Assembly (NCBI GenBank): GCA_947502635.1
Contig: CANNAN010000001.1
Coordinates: 729,246 to 793,245, forward strand
Source: an uncultured Flavobacteriaceae bacterium
GTDB lineage: Bacteria > Bacteroidota > Bacteroidia > Flavobacteriales > Flavobacteriaceae
Reading direction: 5' to 3'
Length of the DNA stretch: 64,000 nt
Both the position numbers and the translations under genes were made by a program. The notes under the pieces were generated by a model. It searched no databases. It was not told where the DNA came from and worked only from the letters and a program-made list of their open reading frames with translations. Positions 19,985 to 30,599 of the stretch are shown piece by piece; position 1 is the stretch's first letter; each line of letters opens with the position of its first letter.

Positions 19985-20369
19985 GGTTCGTTTTATATTA
20001 GGACTTATATTTATTGTTATTATTTATTCTTGCTACCATTTGTATTTTGTCGAAAACAAAAATACGTTCTTACTATCAAGAAAGATGAACCATATTATTA
20101 GGTTTTTGGCTACAATAGCAGTTTATTTTGTTGGAACATTGCATCTTGGAAAATTAAAAGACACATGGATGTCATCTCTTTGGCATTTCGTTCATATTTC
20201 TGGGTTATGTATTATTACCTTTTTGGGCTTGTTTGTTTGGTTTATATCTGAAATAAACTTTAGTTTAAGAGAGTTCGCTAAAGCTATTCAAGAATTATTA
20301 ATTTCTCCTGTTTTATATGTAGCTATGGGGTTACTCAATAAAAGTTTAAATAAAGATTCTGCTAAGTAA
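19962..20369 (+). CDS. Exosortase-associated membrane protein
   Basis: Four TM segments, overlaps the exosortase stop, ends in ISPVLYVAMGLL. Confidence 0.7.
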   Translation: MNLYKSDKVRFILGLIFIVIIYSCYHLYFVENKNTFLLSRKMNHIIRFLATIAVYFVGTLHLGKLKDTWMSSLWHFVHISGLCIITFLGLFVWFISEINFSLREFAKAIQELLISPVLYVAMGLLNKSLNKDSAK

Positions 20370-20473
20370 ACTGGAATTTTGTGCATAAACTAACTGAGCT
20401 AAATAAAGTAGTTATTTTATAGACTTCAATTAGTATCTTTGTTCATCATAAAATAAAAGGAAACTAGGCGGAA

Positions 20474-21934
20474 ATGAGCACAGAAATAAGACAACTTCAA
20501 CCACAACAGCTTTGGACTAAATTTGCAGATTTAAATGCTGTACCAAGAGGATCTAAAAAAGAAGAACGTGTTATTGCGTTTATGAAAGATTTTGGTAAAA
20601 CACTAGGTTTAAATACCATTGAAGATGAAGTTGGAAATGTTATTATAAAAAAGCCAGCAACTTCTGGAATGGAGAGTAGAACGACCATTGTTATGCAATC
20701 TCATTTGGACATGGTGCATCAGAAGAATGGGGATACTAATTTTAATTTTGATACCCAAGGGATTGTAATGTATGTTGAGGGTGATTGGGTACGTGCCAAA
20801 GGAACAACTTTAGGAGCAGATAATGGTTTAGGAGTCGCTACTATAATGGCTATTTTGGAAAGTACAGATATTCCGCATCCTGCTATTGAAGCTTTATTTA
20901 CTATAGATGAAGAAACTGGTATGACAGGAGCTATGGGTTTAAAAGGCGGATTGCTCTCTGGAGGCATCCTTTTAAATTTGGATACAGAAGAAGATAATGA
21001 AATTGGTGTAGGTTGTGCAGGTGGTATTGATGTCACAGCGACAAGAACTTATAACGAAGAAGAAACTCCCGAATTTAAAATAGGATATAAGATTACTGTA
21101 AAAGGATTACAAGGTGGGCATTCGGGGATGCAAATTCATGAAGGTTTAGGGAATGCTAATAAAATAATGAATCGCGTATTATTTGATGGTTTTGAAAATT
21201 ACGGATTGAGAATTTCGGAAATTGATGGCGGGAGTTTACGTAATGCCATTCCTCGCGAAAGCAATGCTATAGTTGCTATTGATGCGGTTCATGAAGATGC
21301 TTTTTTATTAGAAATTGCTTTGATCTCTAATGTTCTTAAAAAGGAATTAAAAACGATGGAACCAGATTTAGAAATTAATATTTCTAAAATAGACACACCA
21401 AAGTATATTATGGACTTAGGGGTTCAGGAAGGATTGACCAGAGCTTTATATGCCGCTTATAATGGTGTTTACAGAATGAGTGCAGATATTCCTGAGTTGG
21501 TGGAAACATCAAATAATATTGCTAGGGTATTGGTTAAGGATGGGCATATTCATATTGGCTGTTTAACGCGTTCTTCTGTTGAAAGTTCTAAGATGGATCT
21601 GGCAAATACATTACGAGCAACTTTTGAATTAACAGGTTGCGAAGTAGAGTTTTCTGGTGATTATCCAGGATGGACACCTAATATGGATTCAGCTATCTTA
21701 AAGGTAATGACTGAATTGTATGAAGATCTGAATGATGAAAAACCACATGTAGCAGCGTGTCATGCTGGGCTAGAATGTGGTATTCTAGGAACAAATTATC
21801 CAGAAATGGATATGATTAGTTTTGGACCTAATATAAAAGGAGCACACTCACCCGATGAGCGAGTTCAAATATCTTCTGTTCAAAAATATTGGAAGTTTGT
21901 TTTGGAGATATTGAAGGGGATACCAGTTAAATAA
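20474..21934 (+). CDS. pepD: Aminoacyl-histidine dipeptidase (M20C)
   Basis: QSHLDMV, TLGADNGLG, DEETGMTGA, NLDTEED, HAGLECG, HSPDERV. TATCTTTG promoter box at 20434-20441. Confidence 0.95.
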   Translation: MSTEIRQLQPQQLWTKFADLNAVPRGSKKEERVIAFMKDFGKTLGLNTIEDEVGNVIIKKPATSGMESRTTIVMQSHLDMVHQKNGDTNFNFDTQGIVMYVEGDWVRAKGTTLGADNGLGVATIMAILESTDIPHPAIEALFTIDEETGMTGAMGLKGGLLSGGILLNLDTEEDNEIGVGCAGGIDVTATRTYNEEETPEFKIGYKITVKGLQGGHSGMQIHEGLGNANKIMNRVLFDGFENYGLRISEIDGGSLRNAIPRESNAIVAIDAVHEDAFLLEIALISNVLKKELKTMEPDLEINISKIDTPKYIMDLGVQEGLTRALYAAYNGVYRMSADIPELVETSNNIARVLVKDGHIHIGCLTRSSVESSKMDLANTLRATFELTGCEVEFSGDYPGWTPNMDSAILKVMTELYEDLNDEKPHVAACHAGLECGILGTNYPEMDMISFGPNIKGAHSPDERVQISSVQKYWKFVLEILKGIPVK

Positions 21935-21955
21935 AATTATTGGAAGAGATGTTTT

Positions 21956-22115
21956 GTTTAACATCTCGGCCGAAATTAATAGAAGTAAGCTTTAGGTTAG
22001 GTGCTTAGCCCATATTTTAATTTTGTTTTATCTTTTCTATCTAAAACCAGATTAAAAAATTTGGTGGACTAAGTTATTAAGCACTAACACCCATATTAAT
22101 TAGTCATTGTTGTGT
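21956..22115 (-). repeat. attC-like long imperfect hairpin (160 bp)
   Basis: On the - strand it starts ACACAAC 11 nt after the lipoprotein stop and ends GTTAAAC (GTTRRRY). Paired arms AATTAATA/TATTAATT, GTTAGGTGCTTA/TAAGCACTAAC, TTAGCCC/GGACTAA. Confidence 0.6.
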
Positions 22116-22126
22116 ATCGTGTCTTT

Positions 22127-22792
22127 TTATTTCATTCGATACTTAAAATCAGGAATTCCTCTTAAAAAAAGCGTGTCATCTATATATGCTCCAGCATTTA
22201 ATTTTCCTTCAAAAGTATCAAATTCAAATTCTCCATCAACCTCGTTATAATAAGAATAGTACATCATTCCAATTTGAATATTTGTAATCATTTGTGGATG
22301 CAAATAGGATTGGGGGGTAGAATTCTGATAATGGTTTGGAAGGATAACATCAAAAACAGATTCATGATTTTCGGAAAAGTATTTCAATACATATTGTTGG
22401 TTCGCTTTGAGTAATAAGTTGTTTTCTAATTCAACGTATTGAAACACACTCTCATTAGTTACATTAAGTTTCTTGCTTAAAACAATAGGTTCAGTTTCAT
22501 GTAAAAGCCCCCAATCACTGTAAGACTCAATAATTTCAATTTCATAATTACCCGCTGTAGCCATGCGTCCACCAACGGCTGTTATTTCGATATCTACGTG
22601 TGGTTTGAAATAGAATCCGCGTTTAGTTGCCTTATGTAGGTAATCACTATTCAATTCATTTATAGGTTCTATAACAATTTCTGAATCTTCCAAGAATAAT
22701 CCTTCTAACATTCCGTGAGGTTCAAGTATTTGCTCATCAGTATTATTACACGAGGTAACAAGTATTAGTAATAAAATACAAAGTTTTTTCAT
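22127..22792 (-). CDS. Hypothetical lipoprotein (possible beta-sandwich)
   Basis: Lipobox LVTSC, 221 aa. TATCTTTG box at 22850-22857 (- strand). Confidence 0.7.
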   Translation of the reverse strand: MKKLCILLLILVTSCNNTDEQILEPHGMLEGLFLEDSEIVIEPINELNSDYLHKATKRGFYFKPHVDIEITAVGGRMATAGNYEIEIIESYSDWGLLHETEPIVLSKKLNVTNESVFQYVELENNLLLKANQQYVLKYFSENHESVFDVILPNHYQNSTPQSYLHPQMITNIQIGMMYYSYYNEVDGEFEFDTFEGKLNAGAYIDDTLFLRGIPDFKYRMK

Positions 22793-22938
22793 TTTTTGAT
22801 ATGTCTTTAGTTCAAGTAGTTTTTTTGTACATTATACATAGACACAATACAAAGATAAAGTTCCGCTTCAATGAACTTTATTGATTGCTAAACGAAGTTA
22901 GTGGAAAATTTTTACAAAATCAAGGAGAATAATTATGT

Positions 22939-23163
22939 TTAAGGGACTGGGTCATAACCAGAGCCACCCCAGGGATGACAACTAAAAATACGCTTTAAAG
23001 CCAGTTTTCCGCCTTTAAATAAACCATGTTTTTTTAAAGCTTCTTTGGTGTAGTGCGAACATGTGGGGTGAAATCTACAAGTTGCAGGCGTTAAAGGTGA
23101 TATGAATATTTGATATATTTTTATCAAAAATAAAAACGGCGCAATGAGTAGTTTTTTTAACAT
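22939..23163 (-). CDS. yidD: Membrane protein insertion efficiency factor YidD
   Basis: [30 protein letters not shown]. Confidence 0.95.
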   Translation of the reverse strand: MLKKLLIAPFLFLIKIYQIFISPLTPATCRFHPTCSHYTKEALKKHGLFKGGKLALKRIFSCHPWGGSGYDPVP

Positions 23164-23251
23164 CGATGTCTGTCACATTTCCACATTTCCTCGAAGGAGG
23201 AAACCCTTTTTAATTGAATTTCAAAAGATGCGATTCTGCCCGTACAGTAAT

Positions 23252-24733
23252 TTAATTAGTCGAAAAAGTCGTACCATCTTTACCGTCTTTGAGTTGAATG
23301 CCAACTTCCAAGAGCTCATCACGTATTTTATCAGACAAAGCAAAGTCTTTATTTGCTCTAGCCTCTTGTCTTAATTTAATTAATATATCTACAGCTCCAG
23401 ATAATTTATTGGTTCCAGAATCACTTTTAGTCTCATTTTCAAGACCTAAAACTTCAAAAACAAAATTATTGATGGTTGTTTTAAAAATATTTAAATCTTC
23501 TGCTAATATAGTTTCAGAGCCTTCTTTAATCTGATTGATGTATTTTGCAGCTTCAAACAAATGCGAAATTAAAATAGGAGAATTGAAATCGTCATTCATT
23601 GCATCATAACATTTCTGTTTCCATGCGTTAACATCTATCGTAGAAGCGTTAGAAGCTTTTAAATCGTCTAGAAGGTTAACAGCATCCATCAATCTATAAA
23701 ACCCTTTTTCGCTAGCTAATAAACCATCATCAGTTAAATCTAAAACACTACGGTAAGATGATTGCGCATTAAAAAAACGAATCACACTAGGCGCATAGGC
23801 TTTGCTGAAAAATTTGTTATTTCCAGATAATAATTCATCAGGATTAACAGTATTTCCTGTGGTTTTAGACATACGTTGTCCATTAAGCTCTAACATATTG
23901 GCATGCATCCAATACTTAACAGGTGATTTTCCTTTAGCAGCTTCGTTTTGAGCAATTTCACATTCGTGATGCGGGAATTTTAAATCCATACCACCACCAT
24001 GAATATCAAATTGATCGCCTAAGTATTTGGTACTCATTGCTGTACATTCTAAGTGCCATCCAGGGAAGCCATCACTCCAGGGGGAAGGCCAGCGCATAAT
24101 GTGCTGTGGTTCGGCTTTTTTCCAAAGAGCAAAGTCCTGCGGATTCTTTTTATCACTTTGTCCATCTAACTCACGCGTATTGTGAATCAAATCATCAAGC
24201 TTACGCTTACTTAGTATTCCGTAATCGTTAGTTTCATTAAATTTATGTACATCAAAATAAACAGAACCATTTATTTCATAGGCAAAGCCATTATTAATAA
24301 TACTTTTTATCAATTCAATTTGTTCAATGATATGACCAGTTGCTGTAGGTTCAATACTTGGCGGTAAAAAATTAAATATATTTAATATATTATGAAAATC
24401 AACTGTATAGCGCTGCACAACTTCCATCGGTTCAATTTGCTCTAAGCGCGCTTTCTTAGTGATTTTATCTTCACCAGCGTCAGCATCGTTTTCCAAATGA
24501 CCAGCATCAGTAATATTTCTAACATACCGTACTTTGTAACCTAAATGTTTTAGGTATCGAAATACCACATCAAAAGACATAAAGGTTCTTACATTACCCA
24601 AATGTACATTGCTATAAACAGTTGGACCACAAACATACATTCCAACATAACCTTCGTTAATTGGTTCGAATGTTTCTTTTTTGCCCGTAAGTGAATTGTA
24701 TAATTTTATTTGCTGATGCTGAAAAAGTGGCAT
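23252..24733 (-). CDS. cysS: Cysteine--tRNA ligase
   Basis: [12 protein letters not shown] (HIGH), [25 protein letters not shown] (KMSKS). Confidence 0.97.
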   Translation of the reverse strand: MPLFQHQQIKLYNSLTGKKETFEPINEGYVGMYVCGPTVYSNVHLGNVRTFMSFDVVFRYLKHLGYKVRYVRNITDAGHLENDADAGEDKITKKARLEQIEPMEVVQRYTVDFHNILNIFNFLPPSIEPTATGHIIEQIELIKSIINNGFAYEINGSVYFDVHKFNETNDYGILSKRKLDDLIHNTRELDGQSDKKNPQDFALWKKAEPQHIMRWPSPWSDGFPGWHLECTAMSTKYLGDQFDIHGGGMDLKFPHHECEIAQNEAAKGKSPVKYWMHANMLELNGQRMSKTTGNTVNPDELLSGNNKFFSKAYAPSVIRFFNAQSSYRSVLDLTDDGLLASEKGFYRLMDAVNLLDDLKASNASTIDVNAWKQKCYDAMNDDFNSPILISHLFEAAKYINQIKEGSETILAEDLNIFKTTINNFVFEVLGLENETKSDSGTNKLSGAVDILIKLRQEARANKDFALSDKIRDELLEVGIQLKDGKDGTTFSTN

Positions 24734-24769
24734 GTTTATTATAATGATTTGGTTAATGGTTAAAATAAA

Positions 24770-25447
24770 TTAAAACTTCGTATCTAATTTTATATAATCT
24801 AAAAATTCTCTACGAGTTGCTTCTTCTTTAAATTTCCCTCCAAATTCTGAAGTAACTGTGCTACTTTCAATATCCCTAATACCTCTTGAATTAACACATA
24901 AATGTTTAGCATCTATAACACAAGCAACATCCTGAGTATCTAAAACTTCCTGAAGTTCTTTTACGACTTGAATGGTAAGGCGTTCTTGGACTTGCGGGCG
25001 TTTAGCAAAATAATCTACAATACGATTCATTTTGGATAAACCAACAACAGTGCCGTTAGAAATATAAGCAATATGAGCTTTTCCAACGATGGGTAATAAA
25101 TGGTGTTCGCAAGTTGAATAAACAGTAATATTTTTTTCAACAAGCATTTCTCCATATTTATACTTGTTTTCGAATGTAGAAGCATTTGGTTTTTTCTTCG
25201 GATTTAATCCTCCAAAAATTTCCTTAACAAACATTTTAGCAACGCGATTTGGTGTACCGCTTAAACTATCATCAGTTAAGTCAAGGCCTAAAGTTTCCAT
25301 AATATGCCGCACATCATCCTTAATAATGTCTATTTTTTCTTCATTAGAAAGTTTAAAGGCATCATTACGTAATGGTGTGTTTGAAGAAGTTCCAATATGG
25401 TCATCCCCTAAAGATTCGAATTCTTCTATGTTATTTTCAATTTTCAT
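24770..25447 (-). CDS. folE: GTP cyclohydrolase I
   Basis: TPNRVAKM, STCEHHLLP, GLSKMNR, RPQVQERLT, HLCVNSRG. TATCTTTG box at 25476-25483. Confidence 0.97.
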   Translation of the reverse strand: MKIENNIEEFESLGDDHIGTSSNTPLRNDAFKLSNEEKIDIIKDDVRHIMETLGLDLTDDSLSGTPNRVAKMFVKEIFGGLNPKKKPNASTFENKYKYGEMLVEKNITVYSTCEHHLLPIVGKAHIAYISNGTVVGLSKMNRIVDYFAKRPQVQERLTIQVVKELQEVLDTQDVACVIDAKHLCVNSRGIRDIESSTVTSEFGGKFKEEATRREFLDYIKLDTKF

Positions 25448-25572
25448 TAGCTAAAAAAGTGATGTTTTTAGTCTGCAAAGATAAGTAAAACACTTTTGTT
25501 ATGTTTTGTCTTAACAAACAATTAATTTTCTTATGTTGGTCTCTTTTTTATTAATTAAATTACAATAAAAAG

Positions 25573-25608
25573 AAAAAGGTCTGACTATTAAACAGTCAAA
25601 CCTTTTTT
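25573..25608 (-). terminator. Intrinsic terminator
   Basis: AAAAAGGTCTGAC...GTCAAACCTTTTTT hairpin just downstream of the FadL-like gene. Confidence 0.65.
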
Positions 25609-25625
25609 AGAATATTTTGTTTGTA

Positions 25626-27164
25626 TTATATATTAAAACTTAATGATAATGTAATGTTCGAATTTGTTCGATCTATATTTGCTGTATCAACTAATCCAAC
25701 ACTGTACAAAGGAGTAGAAGTGGAGCGTTCAGATTGGTCGTAAGTAAGGTCTAATTTTGTGTTTCCAAAATTATAGCCAACTCCTAAAGAATATCCGTTT
25801 AAATCGCCTATGGTAAAACCGTCTTTATATGGGCTTTCTTCATAGCGGTAACCGCCTCTAAAGCTAAATTGTTCATATTTGTATTCACCACCAATTCTAT
25901 AGGTAGCAGCATCGGTTAAAATATTACTTATAATGTCGTTTTGATCTGCAAAAAACGAATCTGAGGTAGGTTTAAACTTTGTTTGACTATAATCTTTACG
26001 AGAATAATCAAAACTAATTAAACCCTGTTTTCCAAAAACGTAAGCTAAGCTTCCTGTTAATTTTGCAGGTGTTTGTAATTTATATCGTGGATAGATATTT
26101 ATAACATCAGGGTTTACAACTTGTGTTGCATTAGAACCAGCATCATTCCTTACAGTAGCTAAGTACTGTGTTGTTTCTTCCTCAATGGTATACCAGATAG
26201 GAGAATCATAAGTAATACCAACTCTAAATTCATTTGATAGTTTCATGATACCTCCTAATTGAAAAGAAAAACCATTACCAGTAGTCGTCAAATTATTTTC
26301 AAATTCGATACTGTTAACAATCGATCCTACATTTGAATTGTTTTCAAATAATAAATTAGTTCGTTCATAGTCAATAAAATGAGAATTTAAATTTAACCCT
26401 AGATATAAATTATCTTCATATTGAGTGGCTATATTAAATGTTACTTTTCCATTATAACCTCTAGAGAAATGAGAATAATCATGGTCAAAATTTCCTGAGT
26501 TTACATTAGCAAAATATGTTGTATTAGCATCATTATTAATATCCTCTGGTTGAAGAATGAACGATTCAAAACCTAAAAATGCTTGTTGATGAGCAAACCC
26601 ATAAACAGCTCCTATGTCTCTATAAGCTTCACTTAATGACTCACCTGGTAAAGCAGATATTTCATCTAATCTTTTACCATTTGCATAATCATAAAAATAA
26701 CTAGCAATGGAATTACTAAAATTACCATCATCATTTGTATTTAAGCCACTTGCTCTCCAATTAGTGTCATGATTATTAGTTCTTTCGTAGGCAATAGCAA
26801 TTGTAAATTTTCGCCATGGGGAATTATTATTACTTGCGAATACAAATGCTGCACCACCTTGATTGATGTCAAAATTAGAATCGTTAGAATTATTTAATCC
26901 ATTAAAATATTGCGTTTTATTATCGGTATCTGTATTTAATACTGTAAAAGAAGCATGACTTCTACTAAAAACAGCAGATCCAGCAGGGTTTAAACTAACA
27001 GCACTCATATCGCCTCCTAATGCACCAAAAGCACCGCTCAATGCTCTAAAACGAGCCGATCCTTGAATTTCATCTTGAGAAAATCTGACAGCATCACCAA
27101 TTTCCTGAGCGTAAATTGTAGACATAGATAGCACACCTATGAATAGTAAACATAACTTTTTCAT
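25626..27164 (-). CDS. OmpP1/FadL-family outer-membrane beta-barrel
   Basis: Signal peptide, GSARFRALSGAFGALGGD, NPAG, C-terminal aromatic LSFNI. Confidence 0.85.
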   Translation of the reverse strand: MKKLCLLFIGVLSMSTIYAQEIGDAVRFSQDEIQGSARFRALSGAFGALGGDMSAVSLNPAGSAVFSRSHASFTVLNTDTDNKTQYFNGLNNSNDSNFDINQGGAAFVFASNNNSPWRKFTIAIAYERTNNHDTNWRASGLNTNDDGNFSNSIASYFYDYANGKRLDEISALPGESLSEAYRDIGAVYGFAHQQAFLGFESFILQPEDINNDANTTYFANVNSGNFDHDYSHFSRGYNGKVTFNIATQYEDNLYLGLNLNSHFIDYERTNLLFENNSNVGSIVNSIEFENNLTTTGNGFSFQLGGIMKLSNEFRVGITYDSPIWYTIEEETTQYLATVRNDAGSNATQVVNPDVINIYPRYKLQTPAKLTGSLAYVFGKQGLISFDYSRKDYSQTKFKPTSDSFFADQNDIISNILTDAATYRIGGEYKYEQFSFRGGYRYEESPYKDGFTIGDLNGYSLGVGYNFGNTKLDLTYDQSERSTSTPLYSVGLVDTANIDRTNSNITLSLSFNI

Positions 27165-27191
27165 ATGATTGTATTTTTTCTTTTTAAAATT

Positions 27192-28325
27192 TTAACGACG
27201 TCTTCCTCCACCTGAAGAACCAGAACTTCTACTACCTCCTGAGCTACGACTACTAGATGAAGATCTTGAAACTGAACCAGGTGATCTAGAGCTCGAACTT
27301 CTACTTGGTGTGTAACCTGAATTTCTGGAAGGTGAATAAGACCTAGAAGTATTAGAACTTCTTCTACTCGTATTAGCAGGCTGTCTGTAAACAGTACTTG
27401 AATTTCTTCTTACTGTTGAAGATGATGATCTTCTTACCGAATTTGTTGATGGTGTTCTAGAGGCTACCGTTCTCCTTTGAGTATTGGTAGTATATCTTCG
27501 GGTACCATTGGAATTGTAATTTCTTGTGTTGTTTGATCTTGAAACAGCGTTAGTACTACTTCTTCTTGATGTATTGTATTTTGAAGTCGTTGAACGTCTG
27601 TTTAGATTATTTACAGAGCTACGACGTGTAGAACTAATATTATTTCTATTACTTAAGCCTCTAGAATTATTTGCATAGTAGCTACCTCTTCTACCAGCAT
27701 TATATGCATAATTTCTTCTGCTGTAATATCTGTTATTTCCATAGTATCCATTATTTCTATAAGGGTAGTAGCCATTATAAGCCCAAGAATTTCCGTAAAA
27801 TCCACCACCATAAAAAGGAGGACACCAAAAAGAATTATAATATCCCCAATTGTTCCAGCCCCAGTTGTTCCATCGGTTCCATCCCCAACCAAATCCTGCA
27901 TTCCATCCCCAGTTATTCCAACCGTTGTCTACGTAATTGATGGTAACACTATTTGTGTTTTCTCCCCAACCTGCATAGCCTTGATAATTATTTGCTATCG
28001 TATCATTCTCAACATAGTAGTTTCCTTCATAGGAATCTATATCCGTAAAAATGGCATCATCAGAAAATATATTATCAGCTTCTAAAGATTTGTTCCTAAA
28101 ATGATTCTGATAGAAATCACTATTTGAAGTATTAGGAACTTCAACAACTGTTCGATTATTATTTTGTGGAGCGCTTTCAACGCTTACTTGTCTTTGTGTA
28201 TTACCGTAAATACCATCATCGTCTGAACCAACATATTGATAAGAACCACACGAAGCTAAGCTAAATAGCAAGCCAAGAATGGCTATAAACGATACTTTCT
28301 CTTTTAAGTAGTTGTTAAATTGCAT
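27192..28325 (-). CDS. Low-complexity lipoprotein (W/G/N/Y-rich middle, S/R-rich tail)
   Basis: Lipobox LASC, DDDGIYG, GWNNWGW repeats, SRSSSS tail. Confidence 0.75.
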   Translation of the reverse strand: MQFNNYLKEKVSFIAILGLLFSLASCGSYQYVGSDDDGIYGNTQRQVSVESAPQNNNRTVVEVPNTSNSDFYQNHFRNKSLEADNIFSDDAIFTDIDSYEGNYYVENDTIANNYQGYAGWGENTNSVTINYVDNGWNNWGWNAGFGWGWNRWNNWGWNNWGYYNSFWCPPFYGGGFYGNSWAYNGYYPYRNNGYYGNNRYYSRRNYAYNAGRRGSYYANNSRGLSNRNNISSTRRSSVNNLNRRSTTSKYNTSRRSSTNAVSRSNNTRNYNSNGTRRYTTNTQRRTVASRTPSTNSVRRSSSSTVRRNSSTVYRQPANTSRRSSNTSRSYSPSRNSGYTPSRSSSSRSPGSVSRSSSSSRSSGGSRSSGSSGGGRRR

Positions 28326-28424
28326 ATCTCTAGAATTTTATTGTTGAACATAACAAAAATAGTTAGTTTTGCTGAACTATTCTTTTATTTAACAGAGTCA
28401 CAATATTTGTGCCAAAAAATCGAT

Positions 28425-29903
28425 ATGAGCAAAAAACTTACCAGTAGAGCAGAAGATTATTCAAAATGGTATAACGAATTGGTTGTCAAAGCAGACCTGG
28501 CTGAGAATTCGGCAGTTAGAGGTTGCATGGTTATCAAGCCTTATGGGTATGCTATTTGGGAAAAAATGCAAGCAGAATTAGATAAAATGTTTAAAGAAAC
28601 AGGTCATCAAAATGCATATTTTCCATTATTTGTACCAAAAAGTTTATTCGAAGCAGAAGAAAAAAATGCAGAAGGGTTTGCTAAAGAATGTGCGATTGTA
28701 ACACATTATAGATTGCAAAATGATCCTGATAAAAAAGGGAAATTGCGAGTTGACCCCGAAGCTAAACTGGAAGAAGAGTTAATAGTACGACCAACAAGTG
28801 AAGCCATTATTTGGAATACATATAGAGGGTGGATTCAATCTTATAGAGATTTACCGCTTTTAATAAACCAATGGGCTAATGTGGTACGTTGGGAAATGCG
28901 TACACGCCTGTTTTTGCGTACTGCAGAGTTTTTATGGCAAGAAGGACATACAGCACATGAAACAAAAGCAGAGGCTTTAACAGAGGCTAAATTAATGAAT
29001 AATGTTTATGCAACCTTTGTTGAAAATTTTATGGCCATACCAGTAATACAAGGCGTAAAAACTGAAAGTGAACGTTTTGCCGGAGCAGAAGAGACCTACT
29101 GTATTGAAGCTTTAATGCAGGATGGAAAAGCACTACAAGCAGGAACATCTCACTTTCTTGGTCAGAACTTTGCAAAAGCTTTTGATGTTAAATATGCTAA
29201 TAAAGAAGGTAAACAAGATTATGTTTGGGCAACCTCTTGGGGGGTGTCTACTCGATTAATGGGGGCTTTAATTATGACGCATAGTGATGACAACGGATTG
29301 GTTTTACCTCCAAGTTTAGCGCCAAATCAAGTTGTTATTGTTCCTATTTACAAAAGTGAAGAAGATTTAAATGCGATTACTGAAGTTGCAAATAGTATTT
29401 TAAGTGACTTAAGAGGTAAAAATATATCAGTAAAATTTGATAATAGAACCACGCACAGGCCAGGAGCAAAATTTGCACAGCATGAATTGCAAGGTGTGCC
29501 GTTGCGTATTGCAATTGGTCCTAAAGATTTAGCAAATGGAACTGTAGAGATTGCACGTAGGGATACTTTAACAAAACAGATAGTTCATTTAGAAGATTTA
29601 ACAGAAACGATTGAGGGGTTACTAAAAGAAATTCAAGAAACATTATTCAATAAGGCTTTAGATTTTAGAAATACGCATATAACAGAAGTAGATACTTTTG
29701 AGGAATTTAAAGAAGTTTTAGAAACAAAAACAGGATTTATTTCTGCGCATTGGGATGGTACAAATGAGACTGAAGAAAAAATTAAAGAGATAACAAAAGC
29801 AACTATTCGTTGTATTCCTTTAGATATGAAGGAAGTAGAGGGGGTTTGTGTGTATTCTGGTAACCTTTCGAAAGGCAGAGTATTGTTTGCAAAAGCATAC
29901 TAA
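28425..29903 (+). CDS. proS: Proline--tRNA ligase (archaeal/eukaryote-like type)
   Basis: [43 protein letters not shown]. Start at ATG 28425 (MSKKL). Confidence 0.97.
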   Translation: MSKKLTSRAEDYSKWYNELVVKADLAENSAVRGCMVIKPYGYAIWEKMQAELDKMFKETGHQNAYFPLFVPKSLFEAEEKNAEGFAKECAIVTHYRLQNDPDKKGKLRVDPEAKLEEELIVRPTSEAIIWNTYRGWIQSYRDLPLLINQWANVVRWEMRTRLFLRTAEFLWQEGHTAHETKAEALTEAKLMNNVYATFVENFMAIPVIQGVKTESERFAGAEETYCIEALMQDGKALQAGTSHFLGQNFAKAFDVKYANKEGKQDYVWATSWGVSTRLMGALIMTHSDDNGLVLPPSLAPNQVVIVPIYKSEEDLNAITEVANSILSDLRGKNISVKFDNRTTHRPGAKFAQHELQGVPLRIAIGPKDLANGTVEIARRDTLTKQIVHLEDLTETIEGLLKEIQETLFNKALDFRNTHITEVDTFEEFKEVLETKTGFISAHWDGTNETEEKIKEITKATIRCIPLDMKEVEGVCVYSGNLSKGRVLFAKAY

Positions 29904-29936
29904 TTTAATTTTTTTTCAAAAAAAATCATCTAGCTA

Positions 29937-30033
29937 TTGTGACATTTAAAAATAGTTGTATTTTTGCATCCGCAATGGAGACATTGTTAGTTATTTGAAA
30001 GTATTGCAAGTTTAAAATTAATGTTTATATTTG
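29937..30033 (+). promoter_or_regulatory. Tandem Bacteroidetes sigma-70 promoters for tRNA-Glu/rpsT
   Basis: TTG(29937)-19nt-TATTTTTG(29959) and TTG(30004)-19nt-TATATTTG(30026). Confidence 0.7.
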
Positions 30034-30051
30034 CGCACTGAAAAAACAAAT

Positions 30052-30123
30052 GGCCCGTTCGTCTATCGGCTAGGACGCCAGGTTTTCATCCTGGTAAGAG
30101 GGGTTCGATTCCCCTACGGGCTA
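30052..30123 (+). tRNA. tRNA-Glu(TTC)
   Basis: Acceptor GGCCCGT/ACGGGCT, anticodon arm CCAGG-TTTTCAT-CCTGG, T arm AGGGG-TTCGATT-CCCCT. CCA not encoded. Confidence 0.97.
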
Positions 30124-30149
30124 CAATATTTTAATAATAAAAAGAACAA

Positions 30150-30401
30150 ATGGCAAATCATAAGTCAGCGTTAAAAAGAATTAGAAGTAACGAATCTAAA
30201 CGTTTAATAAACAAGTATCAACATAAAACAACTCGTAATGCTATTAAGAAGTTACGTGAGTTGACTGATAAGAAAGAAGCTGAAGCTTTATTTCCATCGG
30301 TAGTATCTATGTTAGATAGATTAGCTAAGAAAAATGTTATTCATGCTAATAAAGCTGCAAACCTTAAATCTGGTTTGGCTAAGCATGTTGCTGCACTTTA
30401 A
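30150..30401 (+). CDS. rpsT: 30S ribosomal protein S20
   Basis: [12 protein letters not shown]...[11 protein letters not shown]. Confidence 0.98.
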   Translation: MANHKSALKRIRSNESKRLINKYQHKTTRNAIKKLRELTDKKEAEALFPSVVSMLDRLAKKNVIHANKAANLKSGLAKHVAAL

Positions 30402-30428
30402 ATTAGATTTAAAACTTTAAGATATTTT

Positions 30429-30459
30429 AAAAGCTTCTCAGAAATGGGAAGCTTTTTTT
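30429..30459 (+). terminator. Intrinsic terminator after rpsT
   Basis: AAAAGCTTCTCA-GAAA-TGGGAAGCTTTTTTT. Confidence 0.8.
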
Positions 30460-30599
30460 ATGAGTTTCTTAGACTATTTTTGAATTAAAAAGAATTATTG
30501 ATTCTATTAAAAATTTAAACAAAGTATTTACGTTTTTAGAAATCAAAGTATAAATTTGCAATTATAACAAGTTAATTATTCAAATAATCCTTTAACCCT

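Noticed and set aside
28320-28424. 35-aa N-terminal extension of ProS and overlap with the divergent lipoprotein gene
   Set aside because: Conserved ProS sequence begins at MSKKL (ATG 28425). The extension is a longest-ORF artefact. The same applies to the extensions at 5890, 16871, 19358, 50931, 55188 and 62938.
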